Positions 45,041 to 54,341 of a stretch of 64,000 nt of DNA are shown one piece after another. The stretch's first letter is position 1; every line of letters starts with the position of its first letter. Position numbers and translations under genes: made by a program. The stretch is taken from the NCBI GenBank assembly GCA_964344175.1, contig CAYFMI010000010.1, positions 243 to 64,242 on the forward strand, in the 5' to 3' direction. This DNA comes from an uncultured Anaerolineales bacterium. GTDB taxonomy: Bacteria > Chloroflexota > Anaerolineae > Anaerolineales > UBA11858. Under the pieces are notes generated by a model. That model saw only the letters and a list, made by a program, of their open reading frames with translations, made no database searches and was not told the origin of the DNA.

Positions 45041-45961
45041 ATGCTAAATATAGATGATTTGGTAGTTTTCGTCGAAGCTGCTGAATGCAATAACTTCAGC
45101 ATGACCGGGAGAAAATTACACCTTACCCAACCTGCTGTCAGTCAGAAGATTAGTAACTTGGAAGATCGCTTTGGTGTCAAACTATTCATCCGTCAGGGAC
45201 GTTCGATGTCGCTAACGGAAGCTGGGCAGGTTTTAGAACCGATGGCAAGAGAATTGATCGGGCTATCGCGCCGCCTTGATGAAACAATGGTTTCGCTGCA
45301 GGGTGAGGTGATTGGCGAAATGACGGTGGGGTGTTCGACAGCATCTGGAAAATATTTGTTACCAGGGTTAATTGCATTATTCCGCAAGCGATATCCCTTG
45401 GTGAGAATCAACGTCGAAGTCTCGAGCCGCGACAGCGTTTTTCGAAAAATATCCGCGGGAGATGTTGCTTTGGGCGTCTCAAGTAAGAAAGTTGAGCACC
45501 GTGATCTGGAGTACCGCAAATTGTTTACGGATGACGTCATCCTCATTGTCCCCGCAGGCCACCCCTGGGCCGACTTTCCGCATGTCTATCCCGATGATAT
45601 TCTCGATCAGCCGATCATTTTGCGGGAATCAGTCGCGGGGACGCGAGAAGTTTTTATGGCTGCCTTGCGAGAGCATGATTTGTTCCCCGAAATGCTCAAT
45701 GTCGTGATGGAGCTTGGCAACGCTGAAGCGATTGAGATGGCCGTAGAAGAAGGCATCGGAATTGCTTTTATTTCTCGTGCCGCTGCACAACGCGGCTTAG
45801 AATTAGGAAAAATTGCTGAGGTACATGTCGAGGGTATGCAGTTGCAACGAGATATTTATATGGTGCGAAATACAACCATTCAACCCACGCGTACCCAACT
45901 GTATTTCTGGGAATATATAGAGGCATCCGAAGTGCAGCAAAGACTTGCGCAAGTCGCCTGA
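45041..45961 (+). CDS. LysR-family transcriptional regulator, copy 2
   Basis: The HTH is LVVFVEAAECNNFSMTGRKLHLTQPAVSQKISNLE. It is divergent from Otr copy 2 and a paralog of 16897..17808. Confidence 0.8.
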   Translation: MLNIDDLVVFVEAAECNNFSMTGRKLHLTQPAVSQKISNLEDRFGVKLFIRQGRSMSLTEAGQVLEPMARELIGLSRRLDETMVSLQGEVIGEMTVGCSTASGKYLLPGLIALFRKRYPLVRINVEVSSRDSVFRKISAGDVALGVSSKKVEHRDLEYRKLFTDDVILIVPAGHPWADFPHVYPDDILDQPIILRESVAGTREVFMAALREHDLFPEMLNVVMELGNAEAIEMAVEEGIGIAFISRAAAQRGLELGKIAEVHVEGMQLQRDIYMVRNTTIQPTRTQLYFWEYIEASEVQQRLAQVA

Positions 45962-45996
45962 TTTCACTTCCTTCGGTTAGCTGACTAGACGAAAGA

Positions 45997-46033
45997 GTTG
46001 GGCCTGGTTTGATTTTGGGTCCAACGCTTTTTT
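45997..46033 (+). terminator. rho-independent terminator after lysR copy 2
   Basis: The stem is GTTGGGCCT...GGGTCCAAC, followed by GCTTTTTT. Confidence 0.55.
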
Positions 46034-46075
46034 ATTGGGGGATGCAATAGGCCTGTGATAGAATCGTAGATACCT

Positions 46076-46468
46076 ATGAGCATGAATAAGATCTATCCTG
46101 TCAGAAACTATTTGCCTGCTTCAATTCTTTTGGCAGCGGGAGGGTGGTTTGGTTTGGCGATGTTAGTTCGCTCTACATTGCCTACATTGGGGCCGCGTTG
46201 GATGTTTTTCTTCTTATTGGTATCAGCCATCACCGGCACGGCAATGCCCTTGATTGCTTATTTGAATCAGCGCTTTCCGGCGAGATCGCCCCACACGCAT
46301 CGTACCGTTGTGCGGGAATCCCTGATGGCCGGGACCTATGTGGCAACCTTGGCCTGGTTGCAACTCGGACGGGCACTGACTCCGGCATTGGCATTTTTGT
46401 TAGCACTGGGTCTCGGTGGCGTAGAATGGTTGGTGCGCCTTCGTGAACAAAGTCAATGGCAGCCATAA
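46076..46468 (+). CDS. small integral membrane protein, unknown function
   Basis: The 130-aa product has about 4 hydrophobic helices and no recognisable motif. Confidence 0.4.
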   Translation: MSMNKIYPVRNYLPASILLAAGGWFGLAMLVRSTLPTLGPRWMFFFLLVSAITGTAMPLIAYLNQRFPARSPHTHRTVVRESLMAGTYVATLAWLQLGRALTPALAFLLALGLGGVEWLVRLREQSQWQP

Positions 46469-46504
46469 TGGCTGAGGGGAGAAATCCCCGGCGAAAAAAT
46501 GTAG

Positions 46505-47860
46505 ATGGAAGAACTCAGAAATTTACCCGCTGTAGATAAACTACTTATATCCCCTCAGGCTGAGGCATGGCTCGCCGAATATGGCCGCCCGCTGTTATTG
46601 GAGGCTGTGCGGGAATCCCTTGAGGATGCACGCCAAAATGTACTCGGCGGGGGGATAGCCCCTGCGTTGGATGATATCCTGGCTGTGATATCAAATAAAC
46701 TACATTCCTGGGTAAAGCCGACTTTGCAACCGGTGATTAACGCTTCGGGGGTGATGTTGCACACCAACCTGGGACGCGCCCCGCTCAGCACGGCAGCCAT
46801 GCAAGCCGCACAACAAATGGCGCTGGGATATTCGAATTTAGAGTATGATCTCGCCCGCGGCAGACGCGGCTCGCGTCTACTTCATGCCGAGGAGTTGCTC
46901 ACCCGCCTAACAGGCGCTGAAGCAGCGCTTGTGGTCAACAACAATGCTGCCGCAGTGTTGTTGTCGCTGTCGGCGCTGGCAAATCGCCGTCGAGTGGTGA
47001 TTGCCCGCTCGCAGCTCGTGGAAATTGGGGGTGGGTTTCGTGTCCCTGATGTGATGAAACAGTCCGGGGCAAAATTGGTCGAAATCGGGGCTACTAACCG
47101 TGTCCACCTGCGCGATTATCAGCAGGTTATCGCCGACCAGCCCATCAAACTGGTCATGCGTGCCCATCGCTCAAATTTCGCTATTGTTGGGTTTACCACC
47201 GAGCCAGAATTGGAAGCGATTGTCACAGTTGCCCATGCTGCCGATATCCCGGTGCTTGATGATCTCGGTTCGGGGACTTTCATTGATACGGCTGCCTATG
47301 GCCTGACCCATGAGCCGACCATTCAGGAATCTTTGCACGCAGGGGTCGATCTGGTGTGTTTCTCGGGAGATAAACTCCTGGGCGGCCCGCAAGCGGGCAT
47401 TATCATTGGGCGGGAAGATTTGTTAGCAAAGCTTAAAAAACATCCCCTGGCGCGCGCTGTGCGTGCCGATAAGCTGGCCCTGGCAGCGCTTTCGGCGACG
47501 CTGCTTCATTACTTGAAGGATGAAGCTGAAGATGAGATTCCCATCTGGCGGATGATTTCTGCATCCCCAGCTGGGATGCAGGAACGTGCTCAGGGGTGGG
47601 CTGCCAGCCTCGGGCAGGGTGAGGTGCTCCCCGGCTTCTCCACCGTCGGCGGTGGTAGTCTCCCCGGTGAATCCCTGCCAACTCATCTGCTGGTACTCGG
47701 TCATCCCCATCCCAATCAATTGATGAAACGCCTGCGCGCCGCGCAGATCCCGGTGATTGGCCGCATTCAGGAGGGGAAAGCGGTTTTCGATCCGCGCACA
47801 GTTTTGCCTGAACAAGAAAAAACATTGCTGGAAATTCTGCAATCCAATCTCAATACCTGA
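46505..47860 (+). CDS. selA: L-seryl-tRNA(Sec) selenium transferase
   Basis: The 451-aa product has the family pattern LRNLPAVDKLL, VINASGVMLHTNLGRAPLS, NLEYDLARGRRGSR, VEIGGGFR and FSGDKLLGGPQAG (PLP Lys). Confidence 0.85.
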   Translation: MEELRNLPAVDKLLISPQAEAWLAEYGRPLLLEAVRESLEDARQNVLGGGIAPALDDILAVISNKLHSWVKPTLQPVINASGVMLHTNLGRAPLSTAAMQAAQQMALGYSNLEYDLARGRRGSRLLHAEELLTRLTGAEAALVVNNNAAAVLLSLSALANRRRVVIARSQLVEIGGGFRVPDVMKQSGAKLVEIGATNRVHLRDYQQVIADQPIKLVMRAHRSNFAIVGFTTEPELEAIVTVAHAADIPVLDDLGSGTFIDTAAYGLTHEPTIQESLHAGVDLVCFSGDKLLGGPQAGIIIGREDLLAKLKKHPLARAVRADKLALAALSATLLHYLKDEAEDEIPIWRMISASPAGMQERAQGWAASLGQGEVLPGFSTVGGGSLPGESLPTHLLVLGHPHPNQLMKRLRAAQIPVIGRIQEGKAVFDPRTVLPEQEKTLLEILQSNLNT

Positions 47861-47871
47861 GGATATAACCC

Positions 47872-49110
47872 ATGAAATCTGATCTCGACCGTTTGATGCA
47901 AGAAAAGAATGTTGATGCCATTTTGGTGACCGGCCCGGCGCAACATAACCCGGCTATGTACTACTTAACCGGCGGCGGGCATTTAACCAGCGCCGATTTA
48001 ATCAAAACCCGCAACGGCGATGCCGTGTTGTACTACAACCCCATGGAGCGCGATGAAGCTGCCGCAACGGGTTTGACCACGAAAAATCTCGCCGAATACA
48101 GTTTTCAAGAATTGCTCAAACAAGCTGAGGGCGATCCCATTCGCGCTTTGGCGATACGCTATAAGAAAATGCTTACCGAGCAAGGGATCAGCGAGGGGCG
48201 CATGTTGATCTATGGCAAGGTCGATGTCGGCGCGGGGTATGCGGTGTTTTCGGCGCTCCAGCGCGAAATGCCTGACCTGGAGATCCTTGGCGAGACCTCG
48301 CGCAACTCGATGCTGCTGGAAGCTATGGCGACGAAAACAGAGCCTGAAATCGAGAAGATCCGCCGGATGGGGGAAGTCACCGTTGATGTGGTCGGCAATG
48401 TGGCCGACTTTCTTTCATCGCATCACACAAAGGATGGTTATCTGGTAATGTCCGACGGCCAACCCTTGACGGTTGGCGCAGTCAAGAGTCGTATCAATTT
48501 ATGGCTGGCCGAGCGGGGTGCCGAAAACCCGGAGGGTTCGATCTTTGCCATCGGGCGAGATGCCGGCGTTCCCCATAGTGCCGGTAACGATGCTGATTAC
48601 TTGCGTCTGGGAGAATCGATCATTTTCGACATTTTCCCCTGTGAAGGCGGTGGCGGATATTTTTACGACTTCACCCGCACCTGGTGTTTGGGCTATGCCC
48701 CTGACGAAGTCCAGGCCATCTATGATGACGTATTCGCTGTCTATCAGCAGATTATGGGTGAACTCAAAGCGGGGGAACCCTTTAAGAAATTTCAGGACCG
48801 CACCTGCGAACTCTTCCAGGCTCAGGGACACCCCACCATCAAAGAGGATGACGCCATACAAGAAGGGTACGTTCACAGTCTCGGTCATGGATTGGGCTTG
48901 CATGTTCACGAGCGGCCCTGGTCGGGCAGCACAGCTACGAATGAAGATATTCTGGCCCCCGGGGTTGTAGTGACGATTGAGCCAGGCCTCTACTACCCCG
49001 ACCGCGGCATGGGCTGCCGCCTGGAAGACACCGTCTGGGTGCGACCAGATGGAAAGATGGAGATTTTGGCAGACTTCCCTTTAGATTTAGTGATCCCAAT
49101 TAAAAATTAG
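47872..49110 (+). CDS. M24-family peptidase (Xaa-Pro aminopeptidase/creatinase-like)
   Basis: The C-terminal pita-bread motifs are HSLGHGLGLHVHE and VVTIEPGLY. Confidence 0.75.
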   Translation: MKSDLDRLMQEKNVDAILVTGPAQHNPAMYYLTGGGHLTSADLIKTRNGDAVLYYNPMERDEAAATGLTTKNLAEYSFQELLKQAEGDPIRALAIRYKKMLTEQGISEGRMLIYGKVDVGAGYAVFSALQREMPDLEILGETSRNSMLLEAMATKTEPEIEKIRRMGEVTVDVVGNVADFLSSHHTKDGYLVMSDGQPLTVGAVKSRINLWLAERGAENPEGSIFAIGRDAGVPHSAGNDADYLRLGESIIFDIFPCEGGGGYFYDFTRTWCLGYAPDEVQAIYDDVFAVYQQIMGELKAGEPFKKFQDRTCELFQAQGHPTIKEDDAIQEGYVHSLGHGLGLHVHERPWSGSTATNEDILAPGVVVTIEPGLYYPDRGMGCRLEDTVWVRPDGKMEILADFPLDLVIPIKN

Positions 49111-49181
49111 CTAGTGGCAAGTTGGCAGGTTGATGGAATGAATTTCTGCGCCAACCGGCTGACTTGCGAGTATGTATTACC

Positions 49182-50213
49182 ATGGAAAATGTACGCATTC
49201 TAGGCATCGAAACCTCGTGCGACGAAACCGCAGCCGCCGTTGTGCAGGGAGGGCGTGAGATTCTTTCCAGCGTCGTGGCTTCACAAGTCGATTTGCACGC
49301 TCAGTTTGGGGGCGTCTTTCCTGAAGTGGCCTCGCGCCAGCATATCCGCAGCATTTATCCGATCATTGAGGCGGCTTTGCGCGAAGCCCACATGGATTTG
49401 GACGAGGTGGACGGCATTGCGGTGACGCGCGGCCCCGGCTTGCCGGGGTCTTTGGTCGTAGGGATCAATGCCGCCAAAGGCTTAGCGTTTGGCAGCAGGC
49501 TGCCATTGGTTGGTATCAATCACCTGGAAGGCCATCTCTATTCAGCCTGGCTGCATGATTTGGGGGGAGAAACTCCCGCCGAGCCGAAATTCCCGCTCCT
49601 GGCGCTGATTGTATCAGGGGGTCACACCGAGTTGATTTTAATGGAAGAGCATCACCAATACCGCCGTTTGGGAGGAACATTAGACGACGCTGCCGGAGAA
49701 GCCTTTGACAAGGTGGCTCGTCTGTTAGGGTTATCCTATCCCGGTGGTCCGGCCATTCAGCGGGCTGCTGAGGATGGACAGCCGGATGCGGTCAATCTCC
49801 CTCGGGCCTGGCTGCCAGGAACGTGGAATTTCTCCTTTAGCGGTTTGAAGACCGCTGTGTTGCGCCTGGTGCGCGATGCTGAGGCCATTAAAGAAACATT
49901 GCCGGTTTCAGATATGGCTGCCAGTTTTCAGGCATCGGTGGTGGATGTGTTGGTGGGGAAGACTTTGACAGCAGCCAAAGAATTTGATGCCAAAGCCATT
50001 CTGGTTGCGGGCGGTGTTTCGGCAAATAGCGCTTTACGTGAACGCATACTAGAAGAGGCGCACTTGCCGGTGCATATTCCACCTATTGCGCTATGTACCG
50101 ATAACGCCGCCATGATCGCCGGGGCGGGGTGTTATCGGTTTGGCGCTGGTCAGCGTGATGGCCTGGATATGGATGCCTTGCCGACCTGGCCGCTTTCGGA
50201 ATTGTTGGATTAG
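49182..50213 (+). CDS. tsaD: tRNA N6-adenosine threonylcarbamoyltransferase
   Basis: The motifs are [30 protein letters not shown] and GVSANSALR. Confidence 0.9.
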   Translation: MENVRILGIETSCDETAAAVVQGGREILSSVVASQVDLHAQFGGVFPEVASRQHIRSIYPIIEAALREAHMDLDEVDGIAVTRGPGLPGSLVVGINAAKGLAFGSRLPLVGINHLEGHLYSAWLHDLGGETPAEPKFPLLALIVSGGHTELILMEEHHQYRRLGGTLDDAAGEAFDKVARLLGLSYPGGPAIQRAAEDGQPDAVNLPRAWLPGTWNFSFSGLKTAVLRLVRDAEAIKETLPVSDMAASFQASVVDVLVGKTLTAAKEFDAKAILVAGGVSANSALRERILEEAHLPVHIPPIALCTDNAAMIAGAGCYRFGAGQRDGLDMDALPTWPLSELLD

Positions 50214-50222
50214 GAACAGCCG

Positions 50223-50750
50223 ATGGAATTCGATTTTTCACTGCAAGCGTTATTGGGGACTTTGTTGATATTCTCCCTGCGGGTCACAGATATGAGCCTG
50301 GATACCCTGCGGGTTTTGTTTGTCATCCGCGGTCGTAAACCTCTTGCCTGGTTGCTGGGGTTTTTTCAATCGGGGATCTTTGTAATAGCTATTACCTCGG
50401 TCTTGAGCAATTTAGACAACCCCCTCAATATTATTGGTTATGCCGCCGGGTTCGCGACTGGTAATGTCCTGGGGATGTGGATCGAAGAGCGTCTGGCGGT
50501 GGGGCACTCGCACATGCGCATTGTCAGTCCGCGGCGCGGTACGGCCATTGTTGAAAGACTGCGCAGCGAGGGCTATGCCGTTACCGAATTGTCGGGGCGC
50601 GGCAAAGATGGAATGGTTACGTTGGTGAGTTGCAGTGTACGCCGCAAAGATGTGATGGATGTGGACAAAATTATTCGAGAAGTAGACGAAAACGCATTTG
50701 TCACCGCGGAAGATGTGCGCTCCGTGCGGCGCGGTTTTTGGCGGGCATAG
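50223..50750 (+). CDS. UPF0316/DUF2179-family membrane protein
   Basis: N-terminal TM helices carry RVTDMSLDTLRVLFVIRG. The C-terminal DUF2179-like domain contains VTELSGRGKDG. Confidence 0.6.
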   Translation: MEFDFSLQALLGTLLIFSLRVTDMSLDTLRVLFVIRGRKPLAWLLGFFQSGIFVIAITSVLSNLDNPLNIIGYAAGFATGNVLGMWIEERLAVGHSHMRIVSPRRGTAIVERLRSEGYAVTELSGRGKDGMVTLVSCSVRRKDVMDVDKIIREVDENAFVTAEDVRSVRRGFWRA

Positions 50751-50759
50751 CAAAACAAA

Positions 50760-50918
50760 CATGAGGTACCCCGAATCTCATATTCGGGGTACCTCATGTT
50801 TGTTTTGCTTTCCCCAACCCCACTCCCCCGCAATTCGGAGAGGGGGCCAGGGGTGGGGGCAAATATTTCTTTTTTGCAGTCCAGATGCCCAAAAAGGTTA
50901 AATTTGGGGTGTCTCATG
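50760..50918. mobile_element. MITE/REP-like intergenic repeat, copy 2
   Basis: It is homologous to 9797..9953. The first module here is a long palindrome (GCAAAACAAACATGAGGTACCCCGAAT-ctcat-ATTCGGGGTACCTCATGTTTGTTTTGC) that extends into the flank from 50750. Confidence 0.6.
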
Positions 50919-50936
50919 TTTCCTAGAATATTCAGG

Positions 50937-52046
50937 TTAGATCACAAATTGACCGTTCCGGTAAACTACTTCCCCATCCACCAAAATTTCCGAATCTTTC
51001 CGCAAATCGCAGATCATGTCCCAATGAATGGCGCTTTTGTTTTGGCTGCCGGTTTCGGGGTAGCCTGCGCCTAACGCCATGTGGAAGGTGCCGCCGATCT
51101 TCTCATCGAAGAGGATATGCCCGATAAAGCGGTCAATCTGATAGTTGGTGCCGATAGCGAATTCGCCCACGTAGCGCGCCCCGGGGTCGGTTTCGAGCAT
51201 CTCTAGGAGAAAATCTTCATGGGTCTTGGCGCTGGCCTGGGTGACTTTTCCCTGCTCGAAGGTGAGTTCCACGCCCTCGACTACGCGCCCACTTGCGATG
51301 GCCGGGTACGAATAACGCACCCACCCATTGAGTGAATCTTCCACCGGGCCGGTGTAAATTTCACCGTCAGGCATATTGTGTTCCCCAAAGGAATTCTTGA
51401 AGGTGCGCCCCTTGATCGAGAGAGTCAAATCTACATGGGGGCCGCGCAATTCAACGCGGTCATGCCCTTCAATTTGGTCAATGATCTGGCTTTGTCGGGC
51501 TTTGAATTCATTCCAGGCCGCGATGGGGTCGCGAGTTTGTTCATCGGCAAAACAGGCCTGAAAAACAAAATCTTGATAGGCTGCGAAATCCATGCCCGCT
51601 TGTTGGGCGTAGGCCTCTGTGGGGCATAAAGTAGTCACCCATTTGAACTCTTTGGCTGCCCCGCGCCGCATTTGTGCGGCGAGGATCGGAGCCAGCGCCT
51701 TTTGGCGGCGGGCCTGCCGGGTCGGGTCAATATCGGTCAACGCCTGAAGGTCGGTTTCAGAGTGAATGCGAATACGGGACTCGAACTCGTCGTAGGCTAG
51801 TTTTCGGAAAGTGGGGGGAAAATCGAGTTGTGCGTCACTGGCATGCTGGAAGAAGATGGCCGCCTCATCAGGGAGCGCCATCTGCAAATGTGGATGTCCG
51901 CCGCGCTTCAAAATTTCGGTGAATAAAGGACGCAACAGCGGCTCGGCAGCGGTGCTGGCTTCGAGTAGCACCCGGTCGCCGGGCTGGATATTGGCGGAAT
52001 GTTCCGTCAGAATTTTGGCAAAATTCTCGTAGCGGCGGTCGCCCAA
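50937..52046 (-). CDS. M29-family aminopeptidase (AmpS/PepS-like)
   Basis: The 369-aa product has the family-like N-terminus FAKILTEHSANIQPGDRVLLE and the C-terminal motifs EFAIGTN and GGTFHMALG. Confidence 0.7.
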   Translation of the reverse strand: MGDRRYENFAKILTEHSANIQPGDRVLLEASTAAEPLLRPLFTEILKRGGHPHLQMALPDEAAIFFQHASDAQLDFPPTFRKLAYDEFESRIRIHSETDLQALTDIDPTRQARRQKALAPILAAQMRRGAAKEFKWVTTLCPTEAYAQQAGMDFAAYQDFVFQACFADEQTRDPIAAWNEFKARQSQIIDQIEGHDRVELRGPHVDLTLSIKGRTFKNSFGEHNMPDGEIYTGPVEDSLNGWVRYSYPAIASGRVVEGVELTFEQGKVTQASAKTHEDFLLEMLETDPGARYVGEFAIGTNYQIDRFIGHILFDEKIGGTFHMALGAGYPETGSQNKSAIHWDMICDLRKDSEILVDGEVVYRNGQFVI

Positions 52047-52169
52047 CTTGCTCTCCTCGTGACGATAGGCTGAAGATTATATCACGCCTGTCCGGTTGTG
52101 TGGATATCTACCACGCGGTATACTGGGCATATTCATCCGAATTTAGCCTACCCACAAACTGATAAACCT

Positions 52170-54341
52170 ATGAAACAACTCTTACAAAATTTGCGCACCG
52201 GTGAAACTGCCATTGCCGATGTGCCCATGCCTTCCTGTCAACCTGGCACGGTATTAGTTCGTACAGCCGCTTCATTAGTATCTGCCGGAACAGAACGAAT
52301 GGTGGTTGAATTTGCCGAGAAAAGCCTGGTTGGGAAAGCCCGCTCGCGCCCTGACCTGGTGATGCAAGTGGTGGACAAAGCCCGCCGAGAAGGTGTGTTG
52401 ACCACCGTAGATGCGGCCTTCAACCGGCTGGATCAACCAATGCCCCTGGGATATTCCTCTGCTGGGGAGATCGTCGCGGTGGGGGATGAGGTGCAGGATT
52501 TGAAGGTAGGCGACCGCGTGGCCTGCGCCGGAGGCGGGTATGCCGTCCATGCCGAATATGCTATTGTCCCCAAGAATTTACTGGCCCACCTGCCCGATAA
52601 TGTCGATTTTGAGTCGGCAGCCTTTGTCACTCTGGGGGCGATCGCCCTGCACGGATTCCGTCTGGCCGATAGCAAGTTGGGCGAACGCGTTGCCGTGATT
52701 GGTTTGGGGTTGCTGGGGCTGCTGACCTGTGGCATTGCTGCTGCGGCAGGCTGCCACGTCATCGGTGTTGATCTCGACCCCCGCCGGGTGGAGTTAGCCG
52801 AGCGCATGGGCTTTGTTGCTGTAAGCCGCGATCAAGCAGAAGAAGCAGCCCTGGCCTTCTCGCGCGGGCAAGGTTGTGATGCTGTGCTGATATGCGCTGA
52901 CACACCCTCCGATGACCCAGTCACTCTGGCCGGCGCGTTAGCGCGTGATCGCGCCAATGTGGTCGCTGTTGGCGCGGTGGGCTTGAACATTCCCCGCAAA
53001 ATCTATTTCGAGAAAGAACTGAATGTTGTCAATTCGCGCTCCTATGGCCCAGGGCGTTATGATCCGAGCTATGAAGAGCAGGGGCTAGATTACCCCATCG
53101 GTTACGTGCGCTGGACGGAAGGCCGCAACCTGGAAGCAATTGTTGACTTGCTGGCCTCGGGCCGTCTGGATGTGCAGCCGATCATCTCGCACCGCTTCCC
53201 GATTGCTGAAGCCCCCCAGGCTTACGAGTTGATCACCGGGAAAACCGAAGAAGCCTTTTTGGGCGTCTTGCTGACCTATCCACCAACAGGGGATCATAAA
53301 CGACCAACTTTAGACCCCAAACCGAAAATTACGGTATCTCCTTCGTCGCCCGTTGTTCGTCTTGGTGTGATCGGCGCAGGGAATTTTGCCAGTGCGGTAA
53401 TGCTCCCGGCGGTTAAGAAAATTGAGTCGATTGAACTTGTTGGGGTCGTCTCAGGCTCTGGATTGAATGCAAATCATGCAGCGAAGAAATTTGCTTTCCG
53501 CTACGCTGCCGATTCAGTCGATCAAATTCTTGCCGACCCGGAAATCAACACGGTTGCCATCCTTACCCGTCACGCCCAGCACGCCGATTTAGCGATACGG
53601 GCCTTGCAAGCGGGTAAACATGTCTTTGTCGAAAAGCCGCTGGCAATCGATGCCGCTGAATTAGATGAAGTCCTTCCCCATACTCAATTAGCAACCGACA
53701 ATTCTCAATTATTAACGGTGGGTTTTAACCGTCGCTTCGCGCCCCTGACGCAGGAACTTTCGGCGTTTCTCGCCGGACGGCAGGAGCCGCTTGTGGCCCA
53801 TTACCGTGTCAACGCCGGATACATCCCCCTGAAACACTGGCTGCATGACCCCCAAGAAGGCGGCGGGCGCATCATCGGAGAAGGCTGTCATTTTGTCGAT
53901 TTTCTGACTTTTCTCGTTGGCGCGCCGCCGGTCAGCGTCACCACCCATGCCATCCCAGATGGGGGGCACTATAAAGAAGATAATATCCTGATGACCTTCA
54001 CCTTCCCAGATGGCTCTTTGGGCAGCGTGACCTATGTTGCCAATGGCGATAAAGCCTTCCCCAAGGAGCGCGTTGAGGCATTCACCGGCGGGCGCGTGGC
54101 CGTGCTGGATGACTACCGCTCATTAGAGATGGTGCACGATGGCCGCCGGGTTGTCCGCAAGGCACGCCTGCGTCAGGATAAGGGACACCGTGCCGCTTGG
54201 GAAGCCTTTGCCAAAGCCGTTCTCTACACCGGTCAGCCGCCTATTCCCTACGACCAACTTTTCGGTGTTACGGCGGCTACATTTGCTGCCGTCGAGGCCT
54301 TACGCACGCGCCAGTCGGCAGCTATTGGTACTGTAGCATAA
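52170..54341 (+). CDS. bi-domain oxidoreductase (Zn-ADH/MDR-like N-domain + Gfo/Idh/MocA C-domain)
   Basis: The N-terminal GroES-like region is followed by the Rossmann motif VIGLGLLG. The C-terminal Gfo/Idh/MocA region contains LGVIGAGNFA...EKP. ATG 52170 is the preferred start. Confidence 0.7.
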   Translation: MKQLLQNLRTGETAIADVPMPSCQPGTVLVRTAASLVSAGTERMVVEFAEKSLVGKARSRPDLVMQVVDKARREGVLTTVDAAFNRLDQPMPLGYSSAGEIVAVGDEVQDLKVGDRVACAGGGYAVHAEYAIVPKNLLAHLPDNVDFESAAFVTLGAIALHGFRLADSKLGERVAVIGLGLLGLLTCGIAAAAGCHVIGVDLDPRRVELAERMGFVAVSRDQAEEAALAFSRGQGCDAVLICADTPSDDPVTLAGALARDRANVVAVGAVGLNIPRKIYFEKELNVVNSRSYGPGRYDPSYEEQGLDYPIGYVRWTEGRNLEAIVDLLASGRLDVQPIISHRFPIAEAPQAYELITGKTEEAFLGVLLTYPPTGDHKRPTLDPKPKITVSPSSPVVRLGVIGAGNFASAVMLPAVKKIESIELVGVVSGSGLNANHAAKKFAFRYAADSVDQILADPEINTVAILTRHAQHADLAIRALQAGKHVFVEKPLAIDAAELDEVLPHTQLATDNSQLLTVGFNRRFAPLTQELSAFLAGRQEPLVAHYRVNAGYIPLKHWLHDPQEGGGRIIGEGCHFVDFLTFLVGAPPVSVTTHAIPDGGHYKEDNILMTFTFPDGSLGSVTYVANGDKAFPKERVEAFTGGRVAVLDDYRSLEMVHDGRRVVRKARLRQDKGHRAAWEAFAKAVLYTGQPPIPYDQLFGVTAATFAAVEALRTRQSAAIGTVA

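Noticed and set aside
45962-46504. Search for tRNA-Sec (selC) or other tRNAs around selA and in all the larger intergenic gaps.
   Set aside because: I saw no cloverleaf-compatible sequence or T-arm GTTCGAATC-type motif. The hairpins present are terminators.
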